Positions 1-8,708 of a stretch of DNA of 64,000 bases are shown one piece after another. Source of the stretch: Oceanispirochaeta sp. (GTDB taxonomy: Bacteria; Spirochaetota; Spirochaetia; DSM-2461); NCBI GenBank assembly GCA_963663385.2, contig CAXXXD010000004.1:608001-672000 (forward strand), given 5' to 3'. Below the pieces are notes generated by a model. It searched no databases and had not been told where the DNA came from. It saw nothing but the letters and a program-made list of their open reading frames with translations. The translations under genes were made by a program, and so were the position numbers. Positions within the stretch are counted from its first letter, which is position 1. Every line of letters starts with the position of its first letter.

Positions 1-1201
1 CCGCTCTTCTGATATCTTCTATCCGGATCTCATTTTTGTATCGTTCCAGAAAAGAGGGGTAGAGCTCTTCTCCTCCGGCCAGGACATAAGCGGAGCTGAT
101 CAGACGGTTCCCGTTTCTTGAACTGTTTTTCTGCTCATCCATCAGGGCTCTGTAACGTTTATAGGCCATCATTATGCTTGATTCGATTTCGTCCATCTGC
201 TTCACTTCTTCCGGACGGGGCGGAATCAGGATGTTGTCTCCGGGATGAATATAGTCGGGATCGGGGTAGTTTTCCCTGTTTTTGCTGTACAGATAGGGCC
301 ATAAGTGGATATTCCCCCAGCGGTCTCTTGCCAGGATACTGAAAGAATCCCCGCTGCTGATAGTATAGGGCGTTGGATCCGCCGGGATTTCCGGTTCAGG
401 AACAATTTCATTTTCAATCGGCTCCGGCTCCGGAGGAGGTTCCGGGGCCTCTTCCTCTATCTCTTCAGCTGCCGGTTCGGCAGGTGTTTCGACAACTTCG
501 TTTTTCACGACAGTCTGTTGTACCTCTGTGGGAGCCGGTTTTTCGGATTCCTTTGTTTTTCCCACCAGTATGACGCCTCCCAGTATCAGCACCAGCGCCA
601 GAAGGGCTGCTCCTGTTATCAGGGTTTTCTTTTTACCGCTTGACTGATCCCGTTCCTTGTCAAACTCAAAATCGGGTTCGGGTTCGGGTTCGGGTTCGGG
701 TTCGGGTTCGGGTTCGGGTTCGGGTTCGGGTTCGGGTTCGGGTTCGGGTTCGGGTTCGGGTTCGGGTTCAGGTTCAGGTTCAGGTTCAGCAGGGGGTTCC
801 TGAAGGTAAGTCAGTTCATATTTCTGTGCCTTCAGCAGCAGGCCTTCATGAACCCCTTCCCCTTCTTCCAGATCAATATCTTCCTCCAGAATTATCGGTT
901 TCAGATGCCCGTACTCCCGGTTGATCCTGTCTGCCAGAGCGGCGGCGGGCGTGAATTTGAGTCTGTAGTGGGCCGGAATGGTAATAGCTTCTCCTGTGTG
1001 AGGATTTCTTCCTTCAGTTTCGGCTGCGAAAACCTTTTTAAAGGTTCCGAACCCGTGGAGGGTCATCCGGTCTCCGGTTTTAAGCTGTTCCGTTATAATA
1101 TTGAATAGTTCTTTTATCAGGTCGCGAGTTGTATCGTGGTCCGTATCAACCTTGCTTAGAACCCTCTGGACAAGTTTTTCGGGAGTCAGGGTATTACTCA
1201 T
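1..1201 (-). CDS. HU/IHF-like domain – Glu/Pro linker – TM helix – LysM domain fusion protein (3' end beyond window edge; absent from ORF track)
   Basis: Manual translation from ATG 1201 is open to position 2: MSNTLTPEKLVQRV...LHGFGTFKKVFAAETEGRNPHTGEAITIPAHYRLKFTP (HU signature), then (EP)19, hydrophobic LITGAALLALVLILGGVILVG, then LysM-like YTISSGDSFSILARDRWGNIHLWPYLYSKN...PDYIHPGDNILIP. Confidence 0.85.
   Translation of the reverse strand, partial: MSNTLTPEKLVQRVLSKVDTDHDTTRDLIKELFNIITEQLKTGDRMTLHGFGTFKKVFAAETEGRNPHTGEAITIPAHYRLKFTPAAALADRINREYGHLKPIILEEDIDLEEGEGVHEGLLLKAQKYELTYLQEPPAEPEPEPEPEPEPEPEPEPEPEPEPEPEPEPEPEPEPEPDFEFDKERDQSSGKKKTLITGAALLALVLILGGVILVGKTKESEKPAPTEVQQTVVKNEVVETPAEPAAEEIEEEAPEPPPEPEPIENEIVPEPEIPADPTPYTISSGDSFSILARDRWGNIHLWPYLYSKNRENYPDPDYIHPGDNILIPPRPEEVKQMDEIESSIMMAYKRYRALMDEQKNSSRNGNRLISSAYVLAGGEELYPSFLERYKNEIRIEDIRRA
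674..787. repeat. Hexanucleotide tandem repeat (GGGTTC)16(AGGTTC)3 encoding (EP)19 on the minus strand
   Basis: Counted directly; in frame within the HU-LysM fusion. Confidence 0.95.
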
Positions 1202-1469
1202 TGACCTTTCCCTTCAGAATGGAAGAGGGGCGAAAAAGAACCTTCCGTCTTTTCGGCAGGATCATCTTTTTCTTCAGGGAGGGGTTGAATCCGATCCTCT
1301 CATTCTTCACTTCCGTTTTAAATGTGCCGAAACCGGTCTGGCTGCAGCTCTCCCCTTCTTCCATAATAAGGGTAATCTCTTCCAGGGTTTTATCCAGTAC
1401 GTCTTTTACTGTTTTTTGAGAGAGGGAGAGTCTTTTGGCAAGTTCTCTGACCAGTTCCTGTTTGTTCAT
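1194..1469 (-). CDS. HU family DNA-binding protein
   Basis: MNKQELVRELAKR...GFGTFKTEVKNERIGFNP...KVLFRPS; 91 aa; its stop overlaps the downstream ATG by 8 nt. Confidence 0.9.
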   Translation of the reverse strand: MNKQELVRELAKRLSLSQKTVKDVLDKTLEEITLIMEEGESCSQTGFGTFKTEVKNERIGFNPSLKKKMILPKRRKVLFRPSSILKGKVNE

Positions 1470-1604
1470 TTTCTGTTCACGCTTAAATAGTTTTTCGGTA
1501 GGGAGGTCTTAAATCTTTATGAATAAAAGAGATCCCCGACTATTATAAAATACATCTTATACAGGAGAACTTCAATCAGAAAAAAAACAGGTATAAGACG
1601 TCTG

Positions 1605-2027
1605 TCAGCCAAAGGTAACCCCCGAATACAAAATAATATTGGCATAGGGCATGACTTCTCCCGTACGCACTACCGCTTTGGTCCGGGCTGTCTCTTTCTT
1701 GAATTCCTCATGGGGGATATAGGATAGGACCGGTTTGTAACCGGACTCTTTTTCATAGTCCGCCAGAACACTGATGATCTCCTCCAGCCCTTCGGGATTT
1801 GCAGTCTGAATTTCATCCGCCAGGATAATTTTTTCGACGCATAGTTCTTCCAGTACGGTTTTAAGAACATCCGTAAAACGGGGCAGTCCCGGTTTTACAG
1901 CCAGGTCTATTCTGTAGCATACATCGGGAACCGGGAGGCCCGCATCGGCGATTGTCAGACCGTCGGTATGACCCATCCCGGATATTATGGATGATATCTC
2001 CGAGTTTAATAAATTCCCTCTTTTCAT
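1605..2027 (-). CDS. rbsD: D-ribose pyranase
   Basis: MGHTD..IADAGLPVP, RIDLA, HEEFK..T..AVVRTGE..PYANIILYSGVTF. Confidence 0.92.
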   Translation of the reverse strand: MKRGNLLNSEISSIISGMGHTDGLTIADAGLPVPDVCYRIDLAVKPGLPRFTDVLKTVLEELCVEKIILADEIQTANPEGLEEIISVLADYEKESGYKPVLSYIPHEEFKKETARTKAVVRTGEVMPYANIILYSGVTFG

Positions 2028-2230
2028 ATGCTTTCTCCTGAATGTTTTCTTATCGGTTTCCTGTTTAAATTCTTGTCTTTTCCCGGTGTAAAGTCAAGGC
2101 GTCAGGGAAATCTGAGGATATCACAAGAAAATTAAAAAATCCCTTATCCCCTTATGCCGGGTCCCCCGATATTATAAATATATTACTAATATGCGTCTGC
2201 CGGAATGTGTACTGCCCAAGGGAGACAATT

Positions 2231-2431
2231 ATGGATTTTGTTACTTATCTTGTCTACAAAGACTACATTCCCTTTCAAGTCGGTCTTAATCTGCTGAGAA
2301 CCTGTATTGCCGAGGAACACCTGAATCAGGTTGTGGAAGAACTGGTTCTGAGGAATATCCTGTCCAGTGATGAAGTGATCAAGCTGCATCATAAATGGGA
2401 GCAGGAAGAGGACGAGGGGCATTCCGTATAA
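2231..2431 (+). CDS. Small hypothetical protein (66 aa)
   Basis: GGGAG RBS before ATG 2231; fills the intergenic space divergent from rbsD. Confidence 0.6.
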   Translation: MDFVTYLVYKDYIPFQVGLNLLRTCIAEEHLNQVVEELVLRNILSSDEVIKLHHKWEQEEDEGHSV

Positions 2432-2464
2432 TCTGATTTACTGATTTCCATATAACAAATCCTG

Positions 2465-2493
2465 TTGACAGGAAAATATTCAGAGATTAAAAT
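2465..2493 (+). promoter_or_regulatory. Sigma70-type promoter TTGACA-17-TAAAAT for the TauE/Rrf2 operon
   Basis: Near-consensus hexamers with a 17-nt spacer. Confidence 0.7.
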
Positions 2494-2503
2494 ATGTATA
2501 CAT

Positions 2504-2625
2504 TGTCTATCTATAAAGTATACAAATGATACTCGACAGAATACTGAGATTATTTGTATATAGGGGTTCATATTTCTGTTCCCGGTATCATTCCTATAAT
2601 AAAATGTATACAAAGTCGATAGACA
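2504..2625. promoter_or_regulatory. Two candidate Rrf2 operators, TGTMTAY-N7-RTAKACA (2504-2524, 2605-2625)
   Basis: tgtctat-ctataaa-gtataca and tgtatac-aaagtcg-atagaca; the first lies just downstream of the -10 box. Confidence 0.6.
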
Positions 2626-2652
2626 ATATAGTATTAAAAATAGGAGTATTTT

Positions 2653-3630
2653 ATGGAAAAGATAATGGGATGGGAAGTATCCAGGCAGCTGGAAAAGGAT
2701 AAGCCCACCGTTAGAGAACGGCTTATTCCACAGAAAAGTGAGCTTACCGCTGCAGGATTAAGCCTCTCTCTATTTCTGCTGTTGTTTCTGCTGGCCTGTT
2801 ATGCTCCCGGCATATACCGGGACAGAGCTTCGGATATACCGGTAAGATTGATAAACTGGTGGGTTGTTATTCTGGCTGTGGTCCTCGAGTTTCTGGACAG
2901 CGCAGCAGGGATGGGGTACGGTACGGCCATAACGCCGCTTCTGATGCTTCTTGGTTACGACCCGCTGCAAATTGTTCCTGCTGTAATGATTCAGCAGGCG
3001 GCAGCGGGGTTAACAACAGCCTTTCTGCATCGGGAGTTTTCAAATGTGGAATGGCGTTTCCGGCCCCTGTCCGAAACTGTACGGCTGTGTCTGATTATCA
3101 CTGTGGCAGGCTGTATAGCGACAATAGTTTCAATTACTGCTGTTTATGCCGTCTTTAAGACTGCTGAAAACTGGATTCGTCTTTATGTTGCAGTTCTGTT
3201 GATTATTATGGGTGTGGTTTCTCTTGTTCGCTCTGCTAAAAAAAGGCCATACCAGCCCATGAAGATGTTCTTTTTTGGTGCCCTGGCCGGTTTTAACAAA
3301 GGAATCGGCGGAGGAGGATACGGGCCGGTTGTCACCATCGGCGGTCTGCTGTCCGGTGTACCAGTCAAGACTATGACAGCTGTAACGTCCTTCTCTGAAG
3401 GTATTGTCTGTACCGTATCGGTAATAGTATGGCTCAGTTTGATGAAATACGGAGTGAATCCGGATTTTATTCTTCTGCCTTCTATGCTCCTCGGCAGTAT
3501 GGTTGCGGTAGTCGCTGCGCCTTATGCTGTTAAGATCATTCCACAGAAGACCTGGAATTGGTTTGTACCGGCCTATTCCTGCTGTCTGGCAGTCTTCTGC
3601 CTGATAAAAGTGGTTGGTTATTTTTTGTGA
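2653..3630 (+). CDS. TauE/SafE (TSUP) family sulfur-oxyanion transporter
   Basis: Multi-TM; DSAAGMGYGTAITPLL and GFNKGIGGGGYGP repeats; AGGAG RBS. Confidence 0.85.
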   Translation: MEKIMGWEVSRQLEKDKPTVRERLIPQKSELTAAGLSLSLFLLLFLLACYAPGIYRDRASDIPVRLINWWVVILAVVLEFLDSAAGMGYGTAITPLLMLLGYDPLQIVPAVMIQQAAAGLTTAFLHREFSNVEWRFRPLSETVRLCLIITVAGCIATIVSITAVYAVFKTAENWIRLYVAVLLIIMGVVSLVRSAKKRPYQPMKMFFFGALAGFNKGIGGGGYGPVVTIGGLLSGVPVKTMTAVTSFSEGIVCTVSVIVWLSLMKYGVNPDFILLPSMLLGSMVAVVAAPYAVKIIPQKTWNWFVPAYSCCLAVFCLIKVVGYFL

Positions 3631-3650
3631 TTGCCTTAGAATTGAGAGAT

Positions 3651-4061
3651 ATGAAATTATCGACAAAAAGTGAATATGCCTGTCTGGCTCTTATTGAGCT
3701 GGCAAAAAATTATGGTGAAAGATATACAAAGATTCTGGAGATTACCGATAGCAAAAAAATTCCCCGGAAATATCTGGAACAGATTATGCTTGTTTTGAAA
3801 GGGGGAGGGATCATTCAGAGTAAGATGGGTCCGGACGGTGGTTATAAGCTATCACGTCCTCCCGAAGAGATTACTCTGGCACAGGTCGTTCGTCTGCTGG
3901 ACGGTGCACTGGCACCGGTATTATCGGTGAGTGAGTATTTCTATGAGTCTTCTCCCATCGAACAGAGCAGTGAGCTATTAAATGTTTTTTCGGAAATACG
4001 TCAGTATATCTCTGACAGAATGGAGAATACTACATTCCGGGACCTGATTCCGGGAGAATAA
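3651..4061 (+). CDS. Rrf2 family transcriptional regulator (CymR-like, no IscR Fe-S Cys triad)
   Basis: MKLSTKSEYA..., IPRKYLEQI, SKMGPDGGYKLSRPPEEITL; start reassigned from 3558. Confidence 0.9.
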   Translation: MKLSTKSEYACLALIELAKNYGERYTKILEITDSKKIPRKYLEQIMLVLKGGGIIQSKMGPDGGYKLSRPPEEITLAQVVRLLDGALAPVLSVSEYFYESSPIEQSSELLNVFSEIRQYISDRMENTTFRDLIPGE

Positions 4062-4089
4062 TTCCCGGTGGATTTTTTATAGATTCAAA

Positions 4090-4110
4090 TGTCTATAATA
4101 TCTGTAGATA
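4090..4110. promoter_or_regulatory. Third candidate Rrf2 operator, tgtctat-aatatct-gtagata
   Basis: Same 7-7-7 palindrome, 20 nt upstream of ATG 4131. Confidence 0.55.
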
Positions 4111-4130
4111 AAGTATATAAGGAGCCGCTT

Positions 4131-4529
4131 ATGAAAAGCCTTTCCTATTTGATAACTAAGAAGAACCCGAAGGGCTGGAGTGATTGCATGGATTACTGTT
4201 GCAGGCTTCCGGATCTGTCGAGCAGGACTGAAATCTCTGTCCAGTTGAGTGTAAAAGAGAGGGTCTGTAGTGATTTTACTTTGATTTCCTACTATGCGGC
4301 ATACAGCTGGACGTTTGCAGACGGGAGTGTCTGCCGGTTTGATAAGGTTTATGGCGGTGTATGCGAGTATGATAGTCCCCGTCGACATGAATTGATGCGT
4401 CGGGTGGCTATACAGAGACTGCAGAAGGATTTTGATAGTCTCAATCGCTGCGGTGTCGGCTATTGTATTGCGTCTACTACTGAAGAGAACTGGTATATCG
4501 CCGAAACAGTAAAAACAGAATGTTCATAA
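4131..4529 (+). CDS. Cys-rich hypothetical protein (132 aa, 9 Cys)
   Basis: AAGGAG RBS before ATG 4131; no recognised family. Confidence 0.65.
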   Translation: MKSLSYLITKKNPKGWSDCMDYCCRLPDLSSRTEISVQLSVKERVCSDFTLISYYAAYSWTFADGSVCRFDKVYGGVCEYDSPRRHELMRRVAIQRLQKDFDSLNRCGVGYCIASTTEENWYIAETVKTECS

Positions 4530-4681
4530 TCCGGATTTAAGAGTCCATAGTTCTGTGTCATCATGAAAAGATTGACAATATATCAGTTGATTATCAGGAC
4601 TGTTACCTGAAAACTGTGGTTTCTAATGCGATCAAATCGTCTTTTTCTAGGCTGTATAGTGGTACTCTACCTGGGAATATG

Positions 4682-5341
4682 TCATTCCCTGTTGACCCGG
4701 GCATACCCAAGGGTGATAAAGGGTGAAACCATAAATGAGTGGAATTTGTCCGGTTTATGGAATGTCCCTTCTTTATCATCTATGCCGATGAGGGAGGAGG
4801 AGTAAAAGTCCCATGCCAGGATTGTTCCCAGACCAAGAAAGAAATTGGGATGGAAGTTCAGGCGGCAGCCCATCTCTCCGCCGATTCCGAGTTTGTTTGT
4901 CAACTGGTAGGAGGAGTAGGACTCCTCTTCATTTTTCAGTGTGTCGTGGTAGGTAAACTGGAGGTAGTGCAGGCCGATACCTCCATAGGGCTGGATCATA
5001 TTGTAATATTCCGTTCCCTTGAATCCGGGGCCGATTATGTAGCTGCCTGCTGTGGCGGCATCCGCTTCCGTATAATCAAAATCTTCATTCTTCCGGGGGG
5101 CCAGCAGGCTTGTGTGAAGAAACAATCCTATATTCCTGTCTTTTTTAAACCGGTAGAAGGACAGGCTGATTCCTTTGGATTCCGTATGAAACGTGTCTTT
5201 GTCCGAGTCGGTTGTCTCTGAGTGGTAGTCATGGGCGTATTCATACCCGATATTCAGCCATTCGTCATTCTCTTTCGCCTCAAGAAAAAAAAGGGAAAAC
5301 AATTGTAAATACAGGATTATATGTTTTGTTCTTCTATTCAT
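4682..5341 (-). CDS. Exported protein, probable small outer-membrane beta-barrel
   Basis: Signal peptide; amphipathic aromatic strands (PYGGIGLHY, LGIGGEMG, PFITLGY). Confidence 0.6.
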   Translation of the reverse strand: MNRRTKHIILYLQLFSLFFLEAKENDEWLNIGYEYAHDYHSETTDSDKDTFHTESKGISLSFYRFKKDRNIGLFLHTSLLAPRKNEDFDYTEADAATAGSYIIGPGFKGTEYYNMIQPYGGIGLHYLQFTYHDTLKNEEESYSSYQLTNKLGIGGEMGCRLNFHPNFFLGLGTILAWDFYSSSLIGIDDKEGTFHKPDKFHSFMVSPFITLGYARVNRE

Positions 5342-5554
5342 TTATTAATAACTTAAGGACTTATAAGTTTGGCTGTCAATAGCGGGAGAAGCGGTCTGTA
5401 TTTTTATATGTTCAATCCGTGAATCCTCAAACACAAAACACGCACAAAGTGTTTTTTATTCATAATTTATCTCTAGTTATTATGTACTTTTCAAACCTTA
5501 GTGGAAACCAGGGGTAAAATCTTCCTATTATAAAGCATCATTGTTGATGGAGAT

Positions 5555-5571
5555 ATAGGAAAAAGTCCTAT
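5555..5571. promoter_or_regulatory. ATAGG-N7-CCTAT palindrome, copy 1
   Basis: ataggaaaaagtcctat upstream of the BNR lipoprotein gene. Confidence 0.55.
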
Positions 5572-5593
5572 CTTTTAATTTTGTTCCTGTAAT

Positions 5594-6817
5594 ATGAGTT
5601 TTTCCCTGTTTCCGGAGGGTTCTGTTAAGAAAAATCTGGAATTTCTGATTTTAATACTTCTATCCCTGACATCCTGTGCCGGTATATCCGAGGAAGAACC
5701 GGAACCTCCCGAACAGATGGGGAAGTACATTGAATGGGATGATTTCAGTCGTGTAAGGATTCTTCCATTCGATGAGGGCAGTGAAAGCATGAGTTATCCC
5801 CGGATGGAAATTCTGGATAACGGAGACTATTTTCTGGTTTATGAATCCGTCTCAAAAGGGGCGGTCTTTTCCATCCTCAGTTCTGACCAGGGTGTAAGCT
5901 GGGGTAATCCGCAGCTGATATTCGATAAAAAAAACGGTATTAACAGCTCTGTTCCCGAGGTTGTTCAGCTGAGCGACGGCTCATTACTGGTTGCTGTGAA
6001 TTATCGTCCCTCAGGTCCGTATTCTGAAGATCGGAGGTTTGGTATAGCCGTGCGTAAAAGCAGAGATTACGGGGCTACCTGGGAAGATGAGCAGCTGCTG
6101 TATGAAGCGGGGTATCATTTTGAAGACGGGTGCTGGGAACCTTCTCTCCTTCAGCTGCCGGATGGAGAAATTCAGCTCTACTTTTCTAATGAAGCGCCGT
6201 ATCCTTTATCGGATGATCAGAATATTTCCATGCTCCGTTCCTATGATAACGGGAATTCCTGGACGGAAGAACCCGAGGTTGTCAGTTACAGGCGCAATAG
6301 CAGAGACGGTATGCCTGTTCCCCTGTTTCTTCCCGATAGAAATGAGATCCTGTTAGTTATAGAAGATAAATATTATGGCGAATTCAAACCTTCGATTGTT
6401 TCAGAAAAAGTAAACCAGAACTGGACACGGTCCTATGTCGATGCCAGTGATGACAGGAGAGACTTCAATCCTCTGGATGACTTTTTTTACAGTTCCATAT
6501 ATGCAGGAGCGCCCTATATTGACCGGCTTGGAAGCGGCGAGCTTGTTCTTTCTCTGCAGACAACTTTCGGGCGCGGAAGCGACTGGGATAAGTCAACCAT
6601 GATGGTATTTGTCGGTGAGACGGAGAGCCGGGAATTCTACTGGGGAACCGAGCCTTTTGAAGTGCCGGTTGAAAAGCGGGCCCTCTGGAATTCGCTGGTT
6701 GTAACAGAGGATGATGAAATACTGGCATTGACGTCTACAGATGCCTATTCTGCAAATGGGAATTCCGAGATCTGGCTGGTACGAGGTAAATTATGCCTTG
6801 TGGAACAGTCCCGATAA
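5594..6817 (+). CDS. BNR/Asp-box beta-propeller lipoprotein (sialidase-like glycoside hydrolase)
   Basis: Lipobox LTSC; Asp-boxes SSDQGVSW, SRDYGATW, SYDNGNSW; exact start uncertain. Confidence 0.75.
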   Translation: MSFSLFPEGSVKKNLEFLILILLSLTSCAGISEEEPEPPEQMGKYIEWDDFSRVRILPFDEGSESMSYPRMEILDNGDYFLVYESVSKGAVFSILSSDQGVSWGNPQLIFDKKNGINSSVPEVVQLSDGSLLVAVNYRPSGPYSEDRRFGIAVRKSRDYGATWEDEQLLYEAGYHFEDGCWEPSLLQLPDGEIQLYFSNEAPYPLSDDQNISMLRSYDNGNSWTEEPEVVSYRRNSRDGMPVPLFLPDRNEILLVIEDKYYGEFKPSIVSEKVNQNWTRSYVDASDDRRDFNPLDDFFYSSIYAGAPYIDRLGSGELVLSLQTTFGRGSDWDKSTMMVFVGETESREFYWGTEPFEVPVEKRALWNSLVVTEDDEILALTSTDAYSANGNSEIWLVRGKLCLVEQSR

Positions 6818-6860
6818 GGCAATTTTAATCTTTTCAAGTTCCCCCTGTAATACAGAAAGT

Positions 6861-6994
6861 ATAGGAATAATTCCTATATTCAGGAAACTGTGCAGATTTT
6901 TTTCGAATGCGTAAAACTATATAAAATAAGTAAATAAAAATAATTTATTCCATTATTTAAATAAACCTGTATTTAAGATAGGCAAAAATCCTAT
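6861..6994. promoter_or_regulatory. ATAGG-N7-CCTAT palindromes, copies 2 and 3 (6861-6877, 6978-6994)
   Basis: ataggaataattcctat and ataggcaaaaatcctat upstream of the glycan cluster. Confidence 0.55.
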
Positions 6995-7051
6995 AGGCAA
7001 TTAATTGCCCGGGTTGCTAGTATTCCAGCAATCAGGAATTTTAGGGAAGAA

Positions 7052-8707
7052 ATGGGATACCAGGTTTTACAGAATATTGTTTTCTCTCAGAGTGATTTTG
7101 CCCCGCAGGAGGTTTTTTACAAAAGTGAAAAGTCTTTTCCTGTCAAAAAAGGCCTGGTTCTGGATCAGGATGGCACACTGGATTTCTTCTCTTATTTTAA
7201 CATGTTCTCCTGGGATAAATGGCAGGAGTATACGGGTGTAAGCTCTCTCAGCCTGGTTCTTGATCTGGCGGGCAGCTGTGAGGTTGCCATACGGTGCCTG
7301 GACTCATCCGGGAAGGTGCAGGGAGAATCCGTTACATTACTTCAAACCGGCGGCGATATTCTGCTGGATGTGCCGGATAAAATATGTTCAGGGCATATAG
7401 GCTTTTCAATCAGAGCTAAAAGTCCCGTCTGTTTAAAATCCGCCTACTGGGGTACCTGCTCGGGCAGTTTTCGCAGGGATATCAGAACTGCAGTCGTTTT
7501 CTGTTCCTTCAATCGGGATGAATATCTGTATCCCAATCTTAAAGTTATACGAAATGAAGAGCTGAATAATCTGGATGTGTTTGTAGTCGATAACGCTTCC
7601 CGGATAGACGAGAACAGAATCAGGGCGATCAGTGAGAATTTCTATCTGTTCCATAACCCCAATACCGGCGGGAGCGGCGGTTTTACCAGGGGTATCCTTG
7701 AAGCTGTTAAAAGCAGCAGGGGGTATACCCATGTTCTGCTGATGGATGATGATATCAGACTGAACGGAGAGACCCTTTTCCGGGCTCAGGCTCTGATCTC
7801 ACTGCTGAAACCGGAGTATCAGAAGCACTTTCTCTCAGGGGCTATGCTGCAGCTGGATAAACCGCAAATGATGTTTGAGTCCACTGCAAGATGGAACGGG
7901 TTTCGTGTCAAAAACTATAAAAAAGATCTTGATATTACCCAGGTTAAGAACATCTGTCTGGCAGACAAGGATGAGAAAAGGGATAACTGCTACGCAGCCT
8001 GGTGGTTCTGCGGTATTCCTCTCTCCGACGGAATAGAAAACGATCTGCCTTTTCCGTTTTTTATTTACGGCGACGATATGGATTACAGTTTTAAGCGGGC
8101 TCCCGGACTTTTAACAATGAATGGCATTGCGGTCTGGCATGAATCCTTTGCCAGGAAATTCTCACCCCTGTTCAAGAGTTACTTTTTCTGCCGGAATACG
8201 ATGATTCTGAACAGTCTGCATTCAAAAAAATTCAATTATTTTCATAATGCGGTAAACAGCGCCGCTCATTTCTTTGTACAGCTGTTTGTGCATGATTACC
8301 GTTCGGCTTCCCTGGCTCTTGACGCTGTAGAGGATTACCTCGAAGGGGCTGAATATGTTGCTGCTCTGGATGAGCAGGATATTCTCAAATACAAGAGTAT
8401 GCCTACTGATTTCAAAGCCCGTTCAAAGAAGGAGTTAAAGGGGGCTTATCCTATCCAGGACAATTTCAGGAGGTGGTTCAGCCCCTGGTATTTTCTGCAC
8501 AGGAAGCTGGCTGTGTATAACTATGAACAAAGCGGGGCTGAGATACGAACCCGTTCGGTCAGAAAGATCCTGGCCCTGCTGAACCGTTATTTCAAACTGC
8601 GCTTTTTATTCATTCTGCGTTATCCAAAGGTTAGCCCCGGTTACAGGAAGCTGGAAAGAGGTCTGCAGTTCTGGCAGGACCGTCTCTATGTGTCGGAGGG
8701 TGCCTGA
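7052..8707 (+). CDS. GT2 glycosyltransferase, GlfT2-like galactofuranosyltransferase
   Basis: N-terminal YFNMFS..KW.EYT; NTGGSGGFTRG, LMDDDI, AAWWFC, PFFIYGDDMDY; adjacent to glf. Confidence 0.8.
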   Translation: MGYQVLQNIVFSQSDFAPQEVFYKSEKSFPVKKGLVLDQDGTLDFFSYFNMFSWDKWQEYTGVSSLSLVLDLAGSCEVAIRCLDSSGKVQGESVTLLQTGGDILLDVPDKICSGHIGFSIRAKSPVCLKSAYWGTCSGSFRRDIRTAVVFCSFNRDEYLYPNLKVIRNEELNNLDVFVVDNASRIDENRIRAISENFYLFHNPNTGGSGGFTRGILEAVKSSRGYTHVLLMDDDIRLNGETLFRAQALISLLKPEYQKHFLSGAMLQLDKPQMMFESTARWNGFRVKNYKKDLDITQVKNICLADKDEKRDNCYAAWWFCGIPLSDGIENDLPFPFFIYGDDMDYSFKRAPGLLTMNGIAVWHESFARKFSPLFKSYFFCRNTMILNSLHSKKFNYFHNAVNSAAHFFVQLFVHDYRSASLALDAVEDYLEGAEYVAALDEQDILKYKSMPTDFKARSKKELKGAYPIQDNFRRWFSPWYFLHRKLAVYNYEQSGAEIRTRSVRKILALLNRYFKLRFLFILRYPKVSPGYRKLERGLQFWQDRLYVSEGA

Positions 8708-8708
8708 T

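Noticed and set aside
640..924. (RV)n ORF on the + strand
   Set aside because: Antisense shadow of the (EP)19 repeat in the minus-strand HU-LysM gene.
4594..4610. TCAGG-N7-CCTGA palindrome, and the similar one at ~55122
   Set aside because: The first lies between convergent gene ends and the second is part of a terminator hairpin, so neither is counted as a regulon site.
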